Below, piece after piece: positions 12,891 to 25,450 of a DNA stretch of 64,000 bases. Position 1 is the first letter of the stretch; every line of letters begins with the position of its first letter. The notes beneath the pieces are model-generated. The model was given only the letters and a program-made list of their open reading frames with translations, was not told the origin of the DNA and made no database searches. The DNA is from Lama guanicoe (Eukaryota): contig MU054400.1 in the NCBI GenBank assembly GCA_013239625.1, positions 4,093,802 through 4,157,801 of the forward strand, read 5' to 3'. The translations under genes were made by a program, and so were the position numbers.

Positions 12891-14079
12891 TGGAGATTTT
12901 TGAGGAGAATTTTGAAGAGAAAGAGGTTGTTAACAAGTTCACATAGGCTGAATGTCTCTTTGGCATAGTTGATACAATCAGATCTGGAAACTGGGCTTTT
13001 CCATTTGGGAAATGGGGAAGTAAGGTGGTTTCCTTACAGGCTGTGTACTTAAAAAATTATCATTCTGTTTTCTAAGCACATAAGTAACACATTTTTATTG
13101 TAGAAAATATTTGAAAGAACAAAAAAATACAAAGACAAAATCACCTGTAATTCCACTATTAATATTTGTGTATAAGATTAAAATAAATACTACATATATA
13201 TATATATATAGTAGGCATAGTATATATGATGTGATGTGGGACAAGTTGTAAAACGTTATATTGCATTTTATTACTCTTTCCTATGAAATTGGGAAAATTA
13301 TGTATACTATATTGCAACTTAAATGATACGTAATTTCAGATTCTCTTAAAGGTGAATAATATAAGAATTTGATGGGAGAATAAATGAATGAACTCAGACA
13401 CTAAAGAGCAAATGCACGCACAGATTCATTTTCCACTTGGCATAGGAGGACGTAACAACTCTTCTGAAAATTTTAAACTAGAGGAAATCTCAGAGATTTA
13501 GACTAACCTCCTCATAATGGAATGATATTCCACTTCGTCCTGACCCTGCCCCTGCCTCCAAAACACACACACACACACACCCATTTAAGTACTGGCTCTA
13601 GTTTATCTCACTGTGAACTTGCCTGGAACAGGAAGTCTTGTTCTACAGACTTGACTCGCAAAAATACAAACAATGAACCTCTCTCTTTCTCTCCCTATCT
13701 CTCTCTCACACACACCCACCCACCCACACCACCGCCACCCCCTTTTCTGAAGCATAAATAAAAGAGATTTCAACATTGCTTATGTTGGGCCGAATGTGAG
13801 GTGTTATCTTTCTTTTTTTTCCTTTTGGCATCATGATCTTTCTTTTCGGAGATAAACTACGATTTAACACATAAATCTTCAAATAAAAACCTGCCCAGTA
13901 CTTTTGAGGTCAAGTGCATCTGATTCAACAAATGGTAAATTGCTTTAAGACTTCAGTTGTTCTTTCTGACTTGCCAAACATTGCAGAAAGATGAAACTGG
14001 GAGAACAAACATCCATCACCAAATCAGGGATAAGAGTGAATCAAATCTCCTTTCCCTCTCCTCCAGCTTTGTTTTGAGA

Positions 14080-14320
14080 GCAGGCTTCTGGTGTCAGAGA
14101 AGAACTCACTCAAATCCTGACTTTGCCCCACTTAGCAGTGTGCCGCTGCACATTCACCTCGACCTCTTAAAGTTCTAGTTTCCTCAGTAATAAAATGGGG
14201 ATAATAGAAGTCCTATTTTACAAGATGGTTGTGAGGATTAAACAAGAGAGTAGATGTGCAGTACTTGGAACAGGGACTTTTACATGCTAAGGTCTAAATA
14301 CTAGGCAATTATAATTTTAT
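14080..14320 (+). mobile_element. MIR SINE, near full length
   Basis: 'tcaaatcctgactttgccccacttagcagtgtg...agtttcctcagtaataaaatggggataatag...ggttgtgaggattaaa'. Confidence 0.85.
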
Positions 14321-15769
14321 TATCATTATTAATATTTTCCTAATGTCAATATTATTGCACTAGCATTAACTTGAAACTAAAGAGTTGTAGAATTAGCCAC
14401 AGAATTCACTAGAAATTTCGTCCTCAAATGCTGATTTAATTTTATTTTGGATTTCTAAAATGAATCCAAACATGGATAACATCTCTGAGGGCCTGATGGG
14501 AGGCACTGAGATAATTTCCTGCTTGTAAAAGAAATCTAATATGGTAAAAACAAATGAATGCCCAATGAGACCTCCCTAAAATGTCTAACTACAGCTTGTC
14601 ATGATCCATAACGCTGTGTTGTCTCTTGGTTTCAGTACAACATCAAGATTATAAATTAATGGCCTTGATTGGCAAATTACCCAATGTAGTCAATATGACT
14701 TCATGAGAGTGATTATAAGAGAAACTTAATTCTGGTAAAGATTCAGTTACAAAGGAGAATGTCAAAGCTGGTGAGGTATGATGCTGTCATGGGATTGGGG
14801 TTTAGCACCATGAAACTGATCAGCCATGAGTCATTTTTTGGCTCAAACACAGAGAGCCTCCAGGGAGCGCTAAGAGGATTTGCGAGCGTTCTGGCGGCCG
14901 TCTCGGTGCTGTGTGTCCTGCCCAGACTGCACAAACCATGAGACCAGCGCGAGAGAGCCCAGGAGGGGTAGTGTTTCATGGCTTAATTCTCTCTGGTATG
15001 CTCAGAGGATCAGCGCTTGGGAGAACGCTGCGTTGATCGGTGTTTGGTGTTGAAGGAGGTGGGGTGAGAAAACAGGACTACGCATGCTGGCTTCTCCCTT
15101 CTGGCTTCTATGAAGATGTCTGGTTGTGCCCAGAGTTCACCCATGAGGGAGGTGCAGGATCAGGCTTGGGGGAAATCGGAATCCTCCCAGGTGTCCTAAG
15201 AGTTCCTAGTGGGTATGAAATAGACAAGAGAGCCACGGAAGGAAGAGCCTGGGGCCAGTCCCTGAGGTGTGTCCATCACCAGCGCACATCTCCTGGCTCC
15301 TCCTAAAGGTCCGTGACACTGCCGTGAGCAAGTGAACTACTGGGTTTCCCTACAGACTGCGCTGAAGTTGAACTGAATGTGACAGCACGTTTTCTTGGCT
15401 TATTTTTCTCCTTCATAAACGTGTCTGTGGTCCTCTTGGACCTCTGTTTGCTCTCTCCAGCCTGCCAGAAATGGCATTCTTTATCACAGGAACTCTCAGT
15501 GTACCTTGGTCAGTGTGACTATTCCCATAGCAGGCATGACACAGTCCCCTGGGTACCGTTCCTTGTATAACGTATTCGTGTTAGTTACGAACGGGATGAC
15601 CTCACGGCTTGAACGGGAGGACCCTTTCTTCACAGGCAGACACAGATCTGTTAGTGCTCTTGCAGCTGTGTTTACTGTCAACCAGAAAATGTCAAGTGGC
15701 TTATGCATTGAAGAGAAATCGCCAACTAGTCAGACAGACACAATTCTGAGAGGCTGGCATGAGAGCCAC

Positions 15770-16070
15770 TGAGTTCCACCATGACTTTCCAGTGTGTCTT
15801 CACAGCTAAGCCACTTAACTTCTCTGGATCTCAGTTTCTGGAGAGAGTTGATCTTTGTCTTAATTGCACCTTTCAGCTCACATTTTAATTGCAGATTATT
15901 TGAGATGATGTGTAAATATTACATACATCAAGAAGTGTGTATCTATGTATGTGTATGTGTGTGTGTGTATACACATATATACTTTTGATTGTCTTGAGGA
16001 TTAAAGAGATATAGATGTAAAGTTCTCCAACCACAATCCTTGGTGCATAGGAGTCACTCAATAAATACAT
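15770..16070 (+). mobile_element. MIR fragments around a (TG)n/(TA)n tract
   Basis: 'aagccacttaacttctctggatctcagtttc' and 'gaggattaaagagat...tggtgcataggagtcactcaataaat'. Confidence 0.6.
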
Positions 16071-16519
16071 GATGAGCGAGTTACTCTTTCTATGCACATA
16101 GGCACGCATTTACTTAAGCCACCTCTGACTTACAAGCCCTCAGTTGAACTCAGTCATTGTATGTAAATATGAAAACTGAAGGGGTTCAGGTGTCTCCTTT
16201 GTCCGGGCATGACTGCTGCCTGTAGTGCTGGACAGCTTGCTGTCCTCCCCTCTGGTTCCATGGAACAGCCGGAATCTTAGGACTGGAGGGAGGGGCTGTT
16301 CATGCCCATCTACTCAGCACAGGAGGGTGGGAGACCCCCCGCTGCTGGGCACCATGGCGGGTGGAGGGTCTCCCAGCAGTCTGCCTGCTCTGTGGAATGA
16401 GTTTCCCATGGGGGCAGTGTGTTACATGGTACTTGGTTTCTCGGAGCGAGCCTCAAAAGAATCTTGTATGAGTCGGGGAGGAAACACATGGCACTCAAAT
16501 GAGTAATTTAGGAGAGTTT

Positions 16520-16681
16520 GGGGTTTTTTTGGGGGGGGGAGTTGGTGGTAATTAGGCTTATTTATTTATTTTTAGAGGCAGTACTGGGGATTGAACCCAG
16601 GACCTTGTGCATGCTAAGCATGTGCTCTACTGCTTGAGCTATATCCTCCCCTCCCCCATCCTCCTCACCCCCTTCCCCCCC
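16520..16681 (-). mobile_element. tRNA-derived camelid SINE (Vic-1-like)
   Basis: 'gtactggggattgaacccaggaccttgtgcatgctaagcatgtgctctactgcttgagctatatcc' carries antisense pol III A/B boxes. Exact TSD aggagagttt at 16510-16519 and 16682-16691. Confidence 0.88.
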
Positions 16682-17225
16682 AGGAGAGTTTAGTAAGGGG
16701 ATTGGGTACCAAGATGTGGGAAGAATGAAGAGAAATCACAAGAGATACTGCAGTGGCCTGAAGAATGGCAACGGGAAACTTTAGGGCCACATCTAGGCCT
16801 GAAGAGACAATAGGAGAAGAAGTTGTCATAACTTGGAGACAGACAGTTTTGTGGGGAGGGCCACCGACCAGACCCCTTTGATAGAGAGGTCTGTCCCACG
16901 TGGACAGGGAGCCAGGGGAGTCAACATCTCCACCTCAGTCTCCCCTTCCCCATTGCGTGAAGCCAGAGAACGAGGGGGCCAGTGGGTGCAGACCATTTAG
17001 ATCAGTGTTTTCGGGCAGAACAGGGTGGAAGAGAGCAGACTGGGGATCCTCGATCCTAAAAGGTCTCTGAACCCAGCCACCATCATTCCTAAGGGACAAC
17101 AGGGACAATGTGCTTGCTTGGCTTTTAGAACACTGTCTATTTGTAATGTGTAGAGTGTCTCTTTCTCAGGTACATACGTGTTTGTGAGTATATCTAAACG
17201 TGCCAACACACAGATTCATATAATT

Positions 17226-17331
17226 AGGATAACTATTTAATTTTGAGAGTAAAGTGGCTGTGCTATTAGTAATCACACTGGTACACAGGTAAACTGGCAC
17301 TGTTCTGGGCAAAAGGGGTTTACGACGCCCT
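17226..17331. mobile_element. MER94-like hAT DNA transposon
   Basis: 'ttttgagagtaaagtggctgtgctattagtaatcacactgg...gtaaactggcactgttctgggcaaa' resembles the recalled MER94 consensus. Confidence 0.6.
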
Positions 17332-18022
17332 AACTAAAATGCAATGAGTTGGACTCTGTAAGTCCCAGATGAATCTTAATCTCATTACTTTATAATCACA
17401 CGTACATGATTATAATGTAACATGTACATTGCATACATGTTACGCATGCACAGCAGGAATTCCTCTCAGATAATAGGTGTGCCTGCGAGGTACAATTTGA
17501 GAAAATATCAGTTAAAAGGAGGGAAGCCCCCTATCTTGAATAATCACCATACCGGCCATGCTGTGTGCTCCAAATTTCCCCATCAACACAACATTCCTTC
17601 GTGTTGAGGGATTTTCTCCCACATAAATGTAAATCCCCTAAGAAAGATTTTATATTAGGTTGCTTCAGCTGTTGATACCTTACTGGCATCAAGTTTTTTA
17701 AGTTCTGACCATCCTGAAGATGGTTTCCGGTGTGGAGACTCTTTGGATGTGGGGAGGTGGCTGAAAGGTCTTGAGTTACTGGGCTGGCTAGGCAACCACC
17801 TTCTGGACAGTTGCTAGGAAACTACCTCTTTCTTCACTCATCTCAGGATGCAGCCCCAGCCCCACCTCTATCTCCATCTGATTTATGATCACAAATCCTT
17901 CTTTTGAAGACATCCAAAGCTGTGTTTAATGAATTGGCTGCTAATTCCCCAAAGTGTGTGCTGCACCCCACTGTGATACTCAAGATGATTTCAAGCAGAG
18001 TTCAGATGTATTATAAATAACA

Positions 18023-19105
18023 TTGAAAAGCTGTTTCACAGCAAAGGAAACCATAAACAAAATGAAAGGACAACCTATGGAACAGAAGAAAATATTTACA
18101 AATGATGCGACCGACAAAGGCTTAATTTCCAAAATATACAAACAGCTCATACAGCTCAATATCAAAAAAACCCCAAAAACAAACAACCCAATCAAAAAAT
18201 GGGGAGAAGACCTAAATAGACATTTCTCCAGAGGAGATATACAGATGGCCAGCAGGCACATGAAAAGATGCTCAATATCACTAATTATTAAAGCAATGCA
18301 AATCAAATTACAATAGGTATCACCGCACACAGTCACAATCGCCATCACTATAAAGTCTACAAATAATAAATAAAAACAAACATAAGCTGGAGAGGGTGTG
18401 GAGAACTGTGGAGGGCAGTACGGAGGTTCCTTAAGAAACTAAAAATAGAGTTACCATATGACCCAGCAATCCCACTCCTGGGCATATATCCAGAGGGAAC
18501 CTTAATTCAAAAAGATACATGCACCCCAGTGTTCATAGCAGCACTATTTGCAGTAGCCAAGACATGGAAACATCCTAAATGTCCATCGACAGATGACTGG
18601 ATAGAGAAGATGTGGTACATATATATATAATATTAATAATAAAATATATGTATTACTCAGCCATAAAAAAGAATGAAATAATGCCATTTGCAGCAACATG
18701 GATGGACCTAGAGATTATCGTATTAAGTGAAGTAAGTCAGACAGAGAAAGACAAATATCATATGATATCACTTATATGTGGAATCTAAAAAGTGATACAA
18801 ATGAACTAATTTACAAACCAGAAATAGACTCACAGACATAGAAAACAAACTTATGGTTACTAAAGATGTAAGAGGGGGAGGGATAAATTAGGAGGTTGGG
18901 ATTAACATATACACATTACTATATATAAAATAAACAACAAGGACCTACTGTATAGCACAGGAACTCTATTCAATATCTTATAATAACCTATAATGGAAAA
19001 GAATCTGAAGAAAGAATATATATAGGTATATGTATAACTGGATCACTTTGCTGTACACCTGAAACTAACCCAACAGTGTAAATCAACTATATTTCAATTT
19101 AGAAA
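18023..19105 (+). mobile_element. Younger 5'-truncated L1 (ORF2 C-terminus and 3' UTR)
   Basis: Peptide '[45 protein letters not shown]' is L1 ORF2. Typical 3' UTR ending 'gtaaatcaactatatttcaattt'; possible TSD aacattgaa / aacactgaa. Confidence 0.93.
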
Positions 19106-19137
19106 AACACTGAATACGACACAAAAAGAGTTATTCC

Positions 19138-19350
19138 TGTAGCTGCCACTGCTGCTTGGCTGGTGAACCTCAACCTTTTTAGGTAAACACCCATCAGATA
19201 ACACGATCCTATGTCCAGCTCAGGGGTAAAATCGGATTGCTCTGAAAAATCATGACAATTCCAAAACTCTTATGTTGGCTTACAGGAGGGCATGAGACTA
19301 GTACTAGCCAATGAGATGTGAGAGCAGTGCCCTGAGGGCTTCATAACTTC
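19138..19350 (+). mobile_element. Old MaLR LTR fragment (MLT1K/L-like)
   Basis: 'ccagctcagggg...gggcatgagactagtactagccaatgagatgtgagagcagtg'. Confidence 0.45.
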
Positions 19351-19949
19351 CTGAACCTGCTTCTTCATTGACTGAGTGGAGATGATAGTTTTACCCCACC
19401 TAAATTATCTCCTGATGCAGCCTCTGATGCGTGGGACTACTTTTACGTCCTTTACGTATACTGTGTTCTTTCACACCTACTGTGTGATGTACTTTTACAT
19501 CTACTTGTGGCATGCTTTTGTCCCTTCTTCCCAGACATCACTGCGAATTTTTTTTCTCTCTCTCCAATCAATAATCTTTTCCTTATCACAAACTTCTTAC
19601 ACTCATGCTACAAACATAAGCAGTTTTTACCCTGGTATGACAAACCCCTGACCCTGCCTTCTCTTCAAGCTGCTCTGCTTCATCCTTCCCAATGCTGCCC
19701 ATCCTTTTTGCTGCAACTGATTGGATTCTGTGTGTTTTCTTGAGTCCCACTTGTTCGCTACTCTCTGCATTCTGACATCTGCATTTGTGCCCCACTGAAA
19801 CTGCTCTCATATAATTTGATGAACCACCTCCTAATAAATAACCAGTTTTATTAGTCTCCCACTATTATCTTCCAAGCCACTGCATCCTACTCTGTGCTAA
19901 GGAGAACAGGAAGAGAATGGGGGTACAAAGATTGGATGGGCAAGATATA

Positions 19950-20260
19950 TTTCATAAAGATAATGCTGAGCAAAATTTAAGGGAAGCTGGGGACAAGTAA
20001 TTAAATTTCTGCTGAAACATAATCTGATTTGGGTAATGCCAAGGATTTGCCAAGTAGCTATCTGAGGGAAGAGCATTCCAGGTAGAGAGAACAGCTGGAC
20101 GATGACCTCAAGACAGGGTGCCGTCCATGTGCAGAGAACGTGGAGGAAGCTGAGGGGCTGGTGTGGAGTGAGTGAGTAAAGGGCTGGGGAGGGGTGGGGG
20201 GAAGTCAGAGAGGAGACGGGCATCATGTGACCTTGGATGGGGCCCCATCTATAAAATCCA
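19950..20260 (-). mobile_element. L2 LINE fragment
   Basis: 'tatctgagggaagagcattccaggtagagagaacagc...ggctggtgtggagtgagtgag'. Confidence 0.75.
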
Positions 20261-20614
20261 AGTGACCTCAGGGATGCTGTTTGAAGATTAAATGGCTCTT
20301 TTAAATGTAAAAAAGAAAAAACAGCAACAGGCAAATACTGTAGTTACCTGTTAAATGTTAGTTCAGTTGCAGTAAGTCTATATATGCTTTATAATCAATA
20401 AAGACAAAGAGGAATAAATATAGCTAAAGAGGAAAGATTATCTCATCTACACTGTACTACATGGAGTGTAGCAAGATGTATATAGATAATTTATATATTT
20501 CTGATGGTGATGATGTCTTGAGAAAGGGAAAAAATTAAAGTATCTTTAGCTCTGACATGAAAAAAAGTTAAATGAGATAATAATACAAAAAGTGCTCCGT
20601 ACACCACCCAACAC

Positions 20615-20908
20615 AGTCCCATCCAATGGAAATATTACACATGCCACAAACAAGATTTGAAATTTTCTAGTAGCGACATTTAAAAAAAAGTTTTAGGAAA
20701 GGTGAAATAAATTTTAATAACATTTTATTTAAATTTGTATATCCAAAATGTTGACATTTGTCATATAATCAATATAAAAATTACTAGTGAGGTATTGTAC
20801 ATTCTTTTTTTTTTTTTTCAATTTTAACAAAGTCTTCAGAATTGGGTGTGTGTTTTATACTTACCACCGATATCATTCAACCAGTCACACTGTAAGTCCT
20901 GAACAGCC
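20615..20908. mobile_element. MER33 hAT-Charlie DNA transposon, one end truncated
   Basis: 'tccaatggaaatatta...aaattttctagtagcgacatt...ggtgaaataaattttaataac...tatatccaaaat...aatcaatataaaaatt'. Confidence 0.8.
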
Positions 20909-22567
20909 CAAACTCCCAATCTGTCCCTTCCCCACTTTCCCCCTGGTAACCACAGTTTGTTTTCTATATCCATGAGTCTATTTCTGGTTTGTAAATAAAA
21001 TTTATATTTTTTAGATTCCACATGTAAGTGATATCATATGATATTTAGCTTTCTCTGTTTGACTTACTTCACTTAATATGATAATATCTAGGTCCAACCA
21101 TGTTGCTGCAAATGGCATTTTATCATTCTTTTTTATGGCTGAGTAATATTCCATTGTATTTATATACCACATCTTCTTTATCCATTCATCTGTCAATGGA
21201 CATTCAAGTTGCTTCCATGTCTTACCTATCATAAATTTGCTGCTGTGAACACTGAGGTGCATGTGTCTTTTCAAATTAGAGTTTTCTCTGGATATATGCC
21301 TAGGAGTGGGATTGCTCAATCATAGGGTAAGTCTGTCATTATTTTTTTTAAGGAAACTCCATACTGTTGTCTATAGAGGCTGCACCAATTTACATTTCCA
21401 CCAACAGTGTAGGAGGGTTTCTTTTCCTCCACACCCTCTCCAGCATTTATTATTTGTGGACTTTTTAATGATAGCCATTCTGACTGGTGTGAGATGATAC
21501 CTCATTGTAGATTTGATTTACATTTCTCTGATAATTAATGAAATTGAGCATCTTTAAACATGCCTGTTGGCCATCTGGATGTCTTCTTTGGAGAAATGTC
21601 TATTTAAGTCTTCTGCTCATTATCTGATTGGGTTGCTTTTTTTTTTTTGGCTGTTAGGTGGTATGAGCTGTTTGTATATTTTGGAAATTAGTCCCTTGTC
21701 TTTCACATCATTTGCGTATAAATTCTCCCCCTCGGTAGGTTGTCTTTTTGTTTTGTTGATGGTCTCCTTAGCTGTGCAGAAGCTGTTAAGTTTAATTAGG
21801 TCCTATTTGTTTATTTTTGCTTTTATTTCCATTATTCTAGGGGCTGGTTTGAAAAAATATTGCTGAGATTTATGTCAAAGAGTGTTCTGTCTATGTTTTC
21901 CTCTAGGAATTTTATAGTGTCTGGTTTTACATTTAGGTCTTTCATCCATTTTGAGTTTATTTTTGTATGTAGTGTTAGAGAATGTTCTAGTTTCATTCTT
22001 TTATAAGTAGCTGTCCAGTTTGCCCAGCACCATGTGTTGAAGAGACTGTCTTTTCTCCATTTGTATTCTTGCCTCCTTTGTCATAGACTAATTGACCATA
22101 AGTGTGTGGGTTTGTTTCTGGACTTTCAGTTCTGTTCCATTGATCGATGTGTCTGTTTTGTGACAGTACCATACTGCTTTGATGACTGTAGCTTTGTAGG
22201 ATAGTCTGAAGTCAGGGAGCGTGATTCCTCCAGCTCCATTCTTGGTCAAGATTCAGGGCCTTCTGTATTTCCCTGTAAATTTTAACATTTTTTGTTTCAG
22301 TTCTGTGAAAAATGTCATTGGTAATTTGTTAAGGATTGCACTGAATCTGTAGATTGCCTTGGGTAATATGGCCATTTTAACACTATTGATTCTTCCAATC
22401 CAAGAACATGGTATATCTTTCCATCTGTTTGTTTTGTCTTCAGTTTCTTTCATCAGCATCTTGTAGTGTTTGGAGTACAGGTCTTTTGCCTCCTTAGGTA
22501 GGTTTATTCCTATGTATTTTTTATTCTTTTTGATGTGATAGTATATGGGATTGTTTCCTTAATTTCT
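20909..22567 (-). mobile_element. L1 fragment (ORF2 3' third plus partial 3' UTR)
   Basis: Minus-strand peptides '[29 protein letters not shown]' and 'CPLTDEWIKKMWYINTMEYYSAIKKN'. Confidence 0.95.
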
Positions 22568-24095
22568 GGTATATTTTAAATACTTAATAAAGGTCAAAAC
22601 AACAGGAATTGGGAAATATGCTTGACCTGGTTTTGAGGGAAGAGGAAATGGAAACTTTGGAGGCTTGGTATCAAATAAAGGCCTGATGCTGTTGTCTGCT
22701 AGTTTTCCCACCTAGGATGGCAGAGTTTTAGCTCAAAGTGACTGTAGAGGTAGCTCCATGCAGGGAAGATCGGTGGCCAGCCTATGGGTGACTGGAGGGG
22801 CCAGGAAAGTGGGTTCCCATCTGTCACCCACAGGCTGTCACCAGGGTCCCAGCTCCCTCTGCACACTCATCTCCCCACACCGGGGATCAGTTCATCCATG
22901 TCTCTGTGTTGCCTGTGTCGCACCCAGAATTTCTACCCCAGGGGTTTCTCCACAGAAGGTGTCTGGTTTCAAGATCCAGGCTGCGTTTCAAATAACATTT
23001 CTACACCTTTGAGAATGCCGTCATGGCAAGAGTGGCAATATTAGCTCCAGTGTTGGGAGCTGGGGATGGCAGGAGCCCAGACGCCCAGAGAGGGGCATTG
23101 GGTGAGGCCCCAACTCTTAGCTATGTTTTTCCACTAAAGATTTAATGGAACCACTGCTGTGTCAGTATTCTTAGCATGGTGCCAGCCTCTTCCCCTGGAT
23201 GGAAACATGCCAGTCTCCATGCATGGATTCAGAGGGAGAGAAACCAGCTTTGAGAGACTGAGCATAATTCCTCCACAGGGAAGGCCATGAGGTACCAGTG
23301 TTCATAGTTTCTGCCATTACAGTGTGACCATCTCAGGCTCTGTCCACAACTGCACCCCAGACCAGGAATAAGGACCCCAGCCCCTGCTTCAAAGGCCTCC
23401 ATCAGAATTACTTCACTTCCCTTTCCTCCTCCACCAGCGTCTGTCTTCCTTTAAAGAAAAATTGGCCCATGGACAAGCTGGGGTTGCCACCCTGGTTCTG
23501 TAGAACCCCAATTCTTAGTCCTTCTTCTGCTTGAGCAGCTGTTAGAACAACTTGAGTGTTACATCTGTCATTTCCCATCCTCTACGGGGCTCCAAGGGCT
23601 GAGGCGCCATTATCCTCATATTAAATAGTCAAGCAAATGGAGAAATTGAGAGATTAAGTAACTTCCTTAATGTCGTTAAGTCTCCGACTTGAGATTTGAC
23701 TTGACTACGTTGCTTTTCAAAATAATCCTAAGAACAGTAAAAGTAATAGCAGCAATATGTAGTAAGCACCCAATAAAAGGAAACCATGATTATTACACAA
23801 ATTAGATAAATGTATAATTGGTATGTTGGCACCTCTCTCTCCCTGCTTCTGAGCCAGAAATGCTATCATTACACACTTGCTTTGCATTTTAATGAGCCAA
23901 AGCAGATTCCCATGGAAGCACTCTCTCCTTCAGGTGCTGTTAGTTCTTGAGTGATGCAGAGCCAAGTCCTGAGGAAAGGAAACAGGGTAGGAGCTTGAGT
24001 GAGCAGAAAAAAGGTGGGAGGGAAAGAGGCACAGGTTGCCAGGTGGGAAGGGTCCAAAGATGGATTTCCTCCCTTGAAATTGGCATATGGTCCCC

Positions 24096-24441
24096 TGTGG
24101 CAGAGCTGGCCACTGTGCCCTGCACGGTCCACTCATCCCTCTGCATTTTCCAGACTCCCTTGAAATTAGATTGGGTCACATGACCTTGTTCTAGTCAGTT
24201 GCAGTGGGAGTACTGTCTATTTCTCCCTGGTCAAGAGGCTGTTTATTTCCTCCACCCTTCCTTCCCCTACCTTGGCGGTCTTGGAGACCACATGGTCCAG
24301 AGAGCTACAAGGCAGAGGGCGGCACCCGAATCCCTTCAGACTTCATTGTGATCAAGAAAGAGGACATTATTGCATTATGCTACTGAGATTCCAGGGCTTA
24401 TCTGTTACTGCATCATAGCCTGCCCTATCCTGACAGATACA
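24096..24441 (+). mobile_element. MaLR LTR, MLT1I/J-like
   Basis: 'gcattttccagactcccttgaaattagattgggtcacatgacc' ... ends 'ctgttactgcatcatagcctgccctatcctgacagataca'. Confidence 0.7.
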
Positions 24442-24479
24442 TCTGATTGCCAAAGACTTTCCCATCTCAGGGTTCTCTG

Positions 24480-25060
24480 CACTCCTACGTCTTCACACTC
24501 TCCTGGCTGTCTTTCTAGCTCACTGGGGGATCCTCAACTTCCTACTGACTCCTCCTTCCTTCTTCATGTCTCAACTGTGAGGCAGCCCCAGAGTTACATC
24601 CTGGGATCCTGTTTCTCTGGGGCCCTAGGTGATCCCCCCGGTCCCAGCTTCAAATACTATCTGTATGCTGATGTTTATCATCTGATGTTTGACATCTCTG
24701 TTCTGACTTGGAGCCCAGAGAAACTCACTTATCCAGAAGTTTCCCTGACAGCTCTACTCTAAAAGCCACAGAGAACTGAGCGCGCCCATAAGGAGCCATG
24801 GCTTTGCCCACCCTCTCCCTTTGCCATATCTCTATTAATGACACTCCTCTCTACCCAACTGAGCAGACCCAATCTGGGACTCCTCTGTGTGGGACCCCTC
24901 ACATCTAGTCCATCACTGAGTACTTTCCAATCTAGCTCCAGAATATATATCCTGAAATTGTCCACATCTTCCCATCTTCACAGCTACGGACCTAGTCCCA
25001 GACGCCATCTTCTCTCACCTGGACTCAGTGTCCTGTTTGGTGCACCTGCTTCCAGCCACT
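24480..25060 (+). mobile_element. L2 LINE fragment
   Basis: 'cagcttcaaatactatctgtatgctgatg' (RT YADD region) and 'catctagtccatcactgagtact...ccagaatatatatcctgaa'. Confidence 0.65.
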
Positions 25061-25084
25061 GTTTCTCTTCTGGTGGTCTTCCAG

Positions 25085-25450
25085 GCGCATGTATATCCAT
25101 TCATATAATTTTCTGACTACGCCCTTAGGTAGAAGTCTAAGAAGTAGAATTGCTAAACATGAAACATTGTGTTGTGATACACAATGTCAAATTGCCTTCT
25201 CCAAACAGTACACAGCTTACAGTCCCAGAAACCATGCTGGAACGTGTGTGCTTTCTGCATTCTTCCCACTGTGGGGATTGTTAACCGTTTTTAAATTTCT
25301 GTTGTGTTATGGATGAGCAACATTGGCGCTGTGTTTATATGCTCATCTCTGACTACAATATGGTTGATATCCTTCTCATTGGTTTCCTGTATTTTGTCTT
25401 TTATGACTTGTTCCTTCATAATCTTTGCACATGCTTCTTTTAGGGTGTGT
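25085..25450 (-). mobile_element. Old L1 ORF2 3' fragment
   Basis: 'agaagtagaattgctaaacat...tgtcaaattgccttctccaaa'; further fragments at about 25770-25960. Confidence 0.55.

Noticed and set aside
16580..16650. tRNA gene-like A/B boxes (also at 63890-63960)
   Set aside because: These are SINE heads with tails and TSDs, not tRNA genes.
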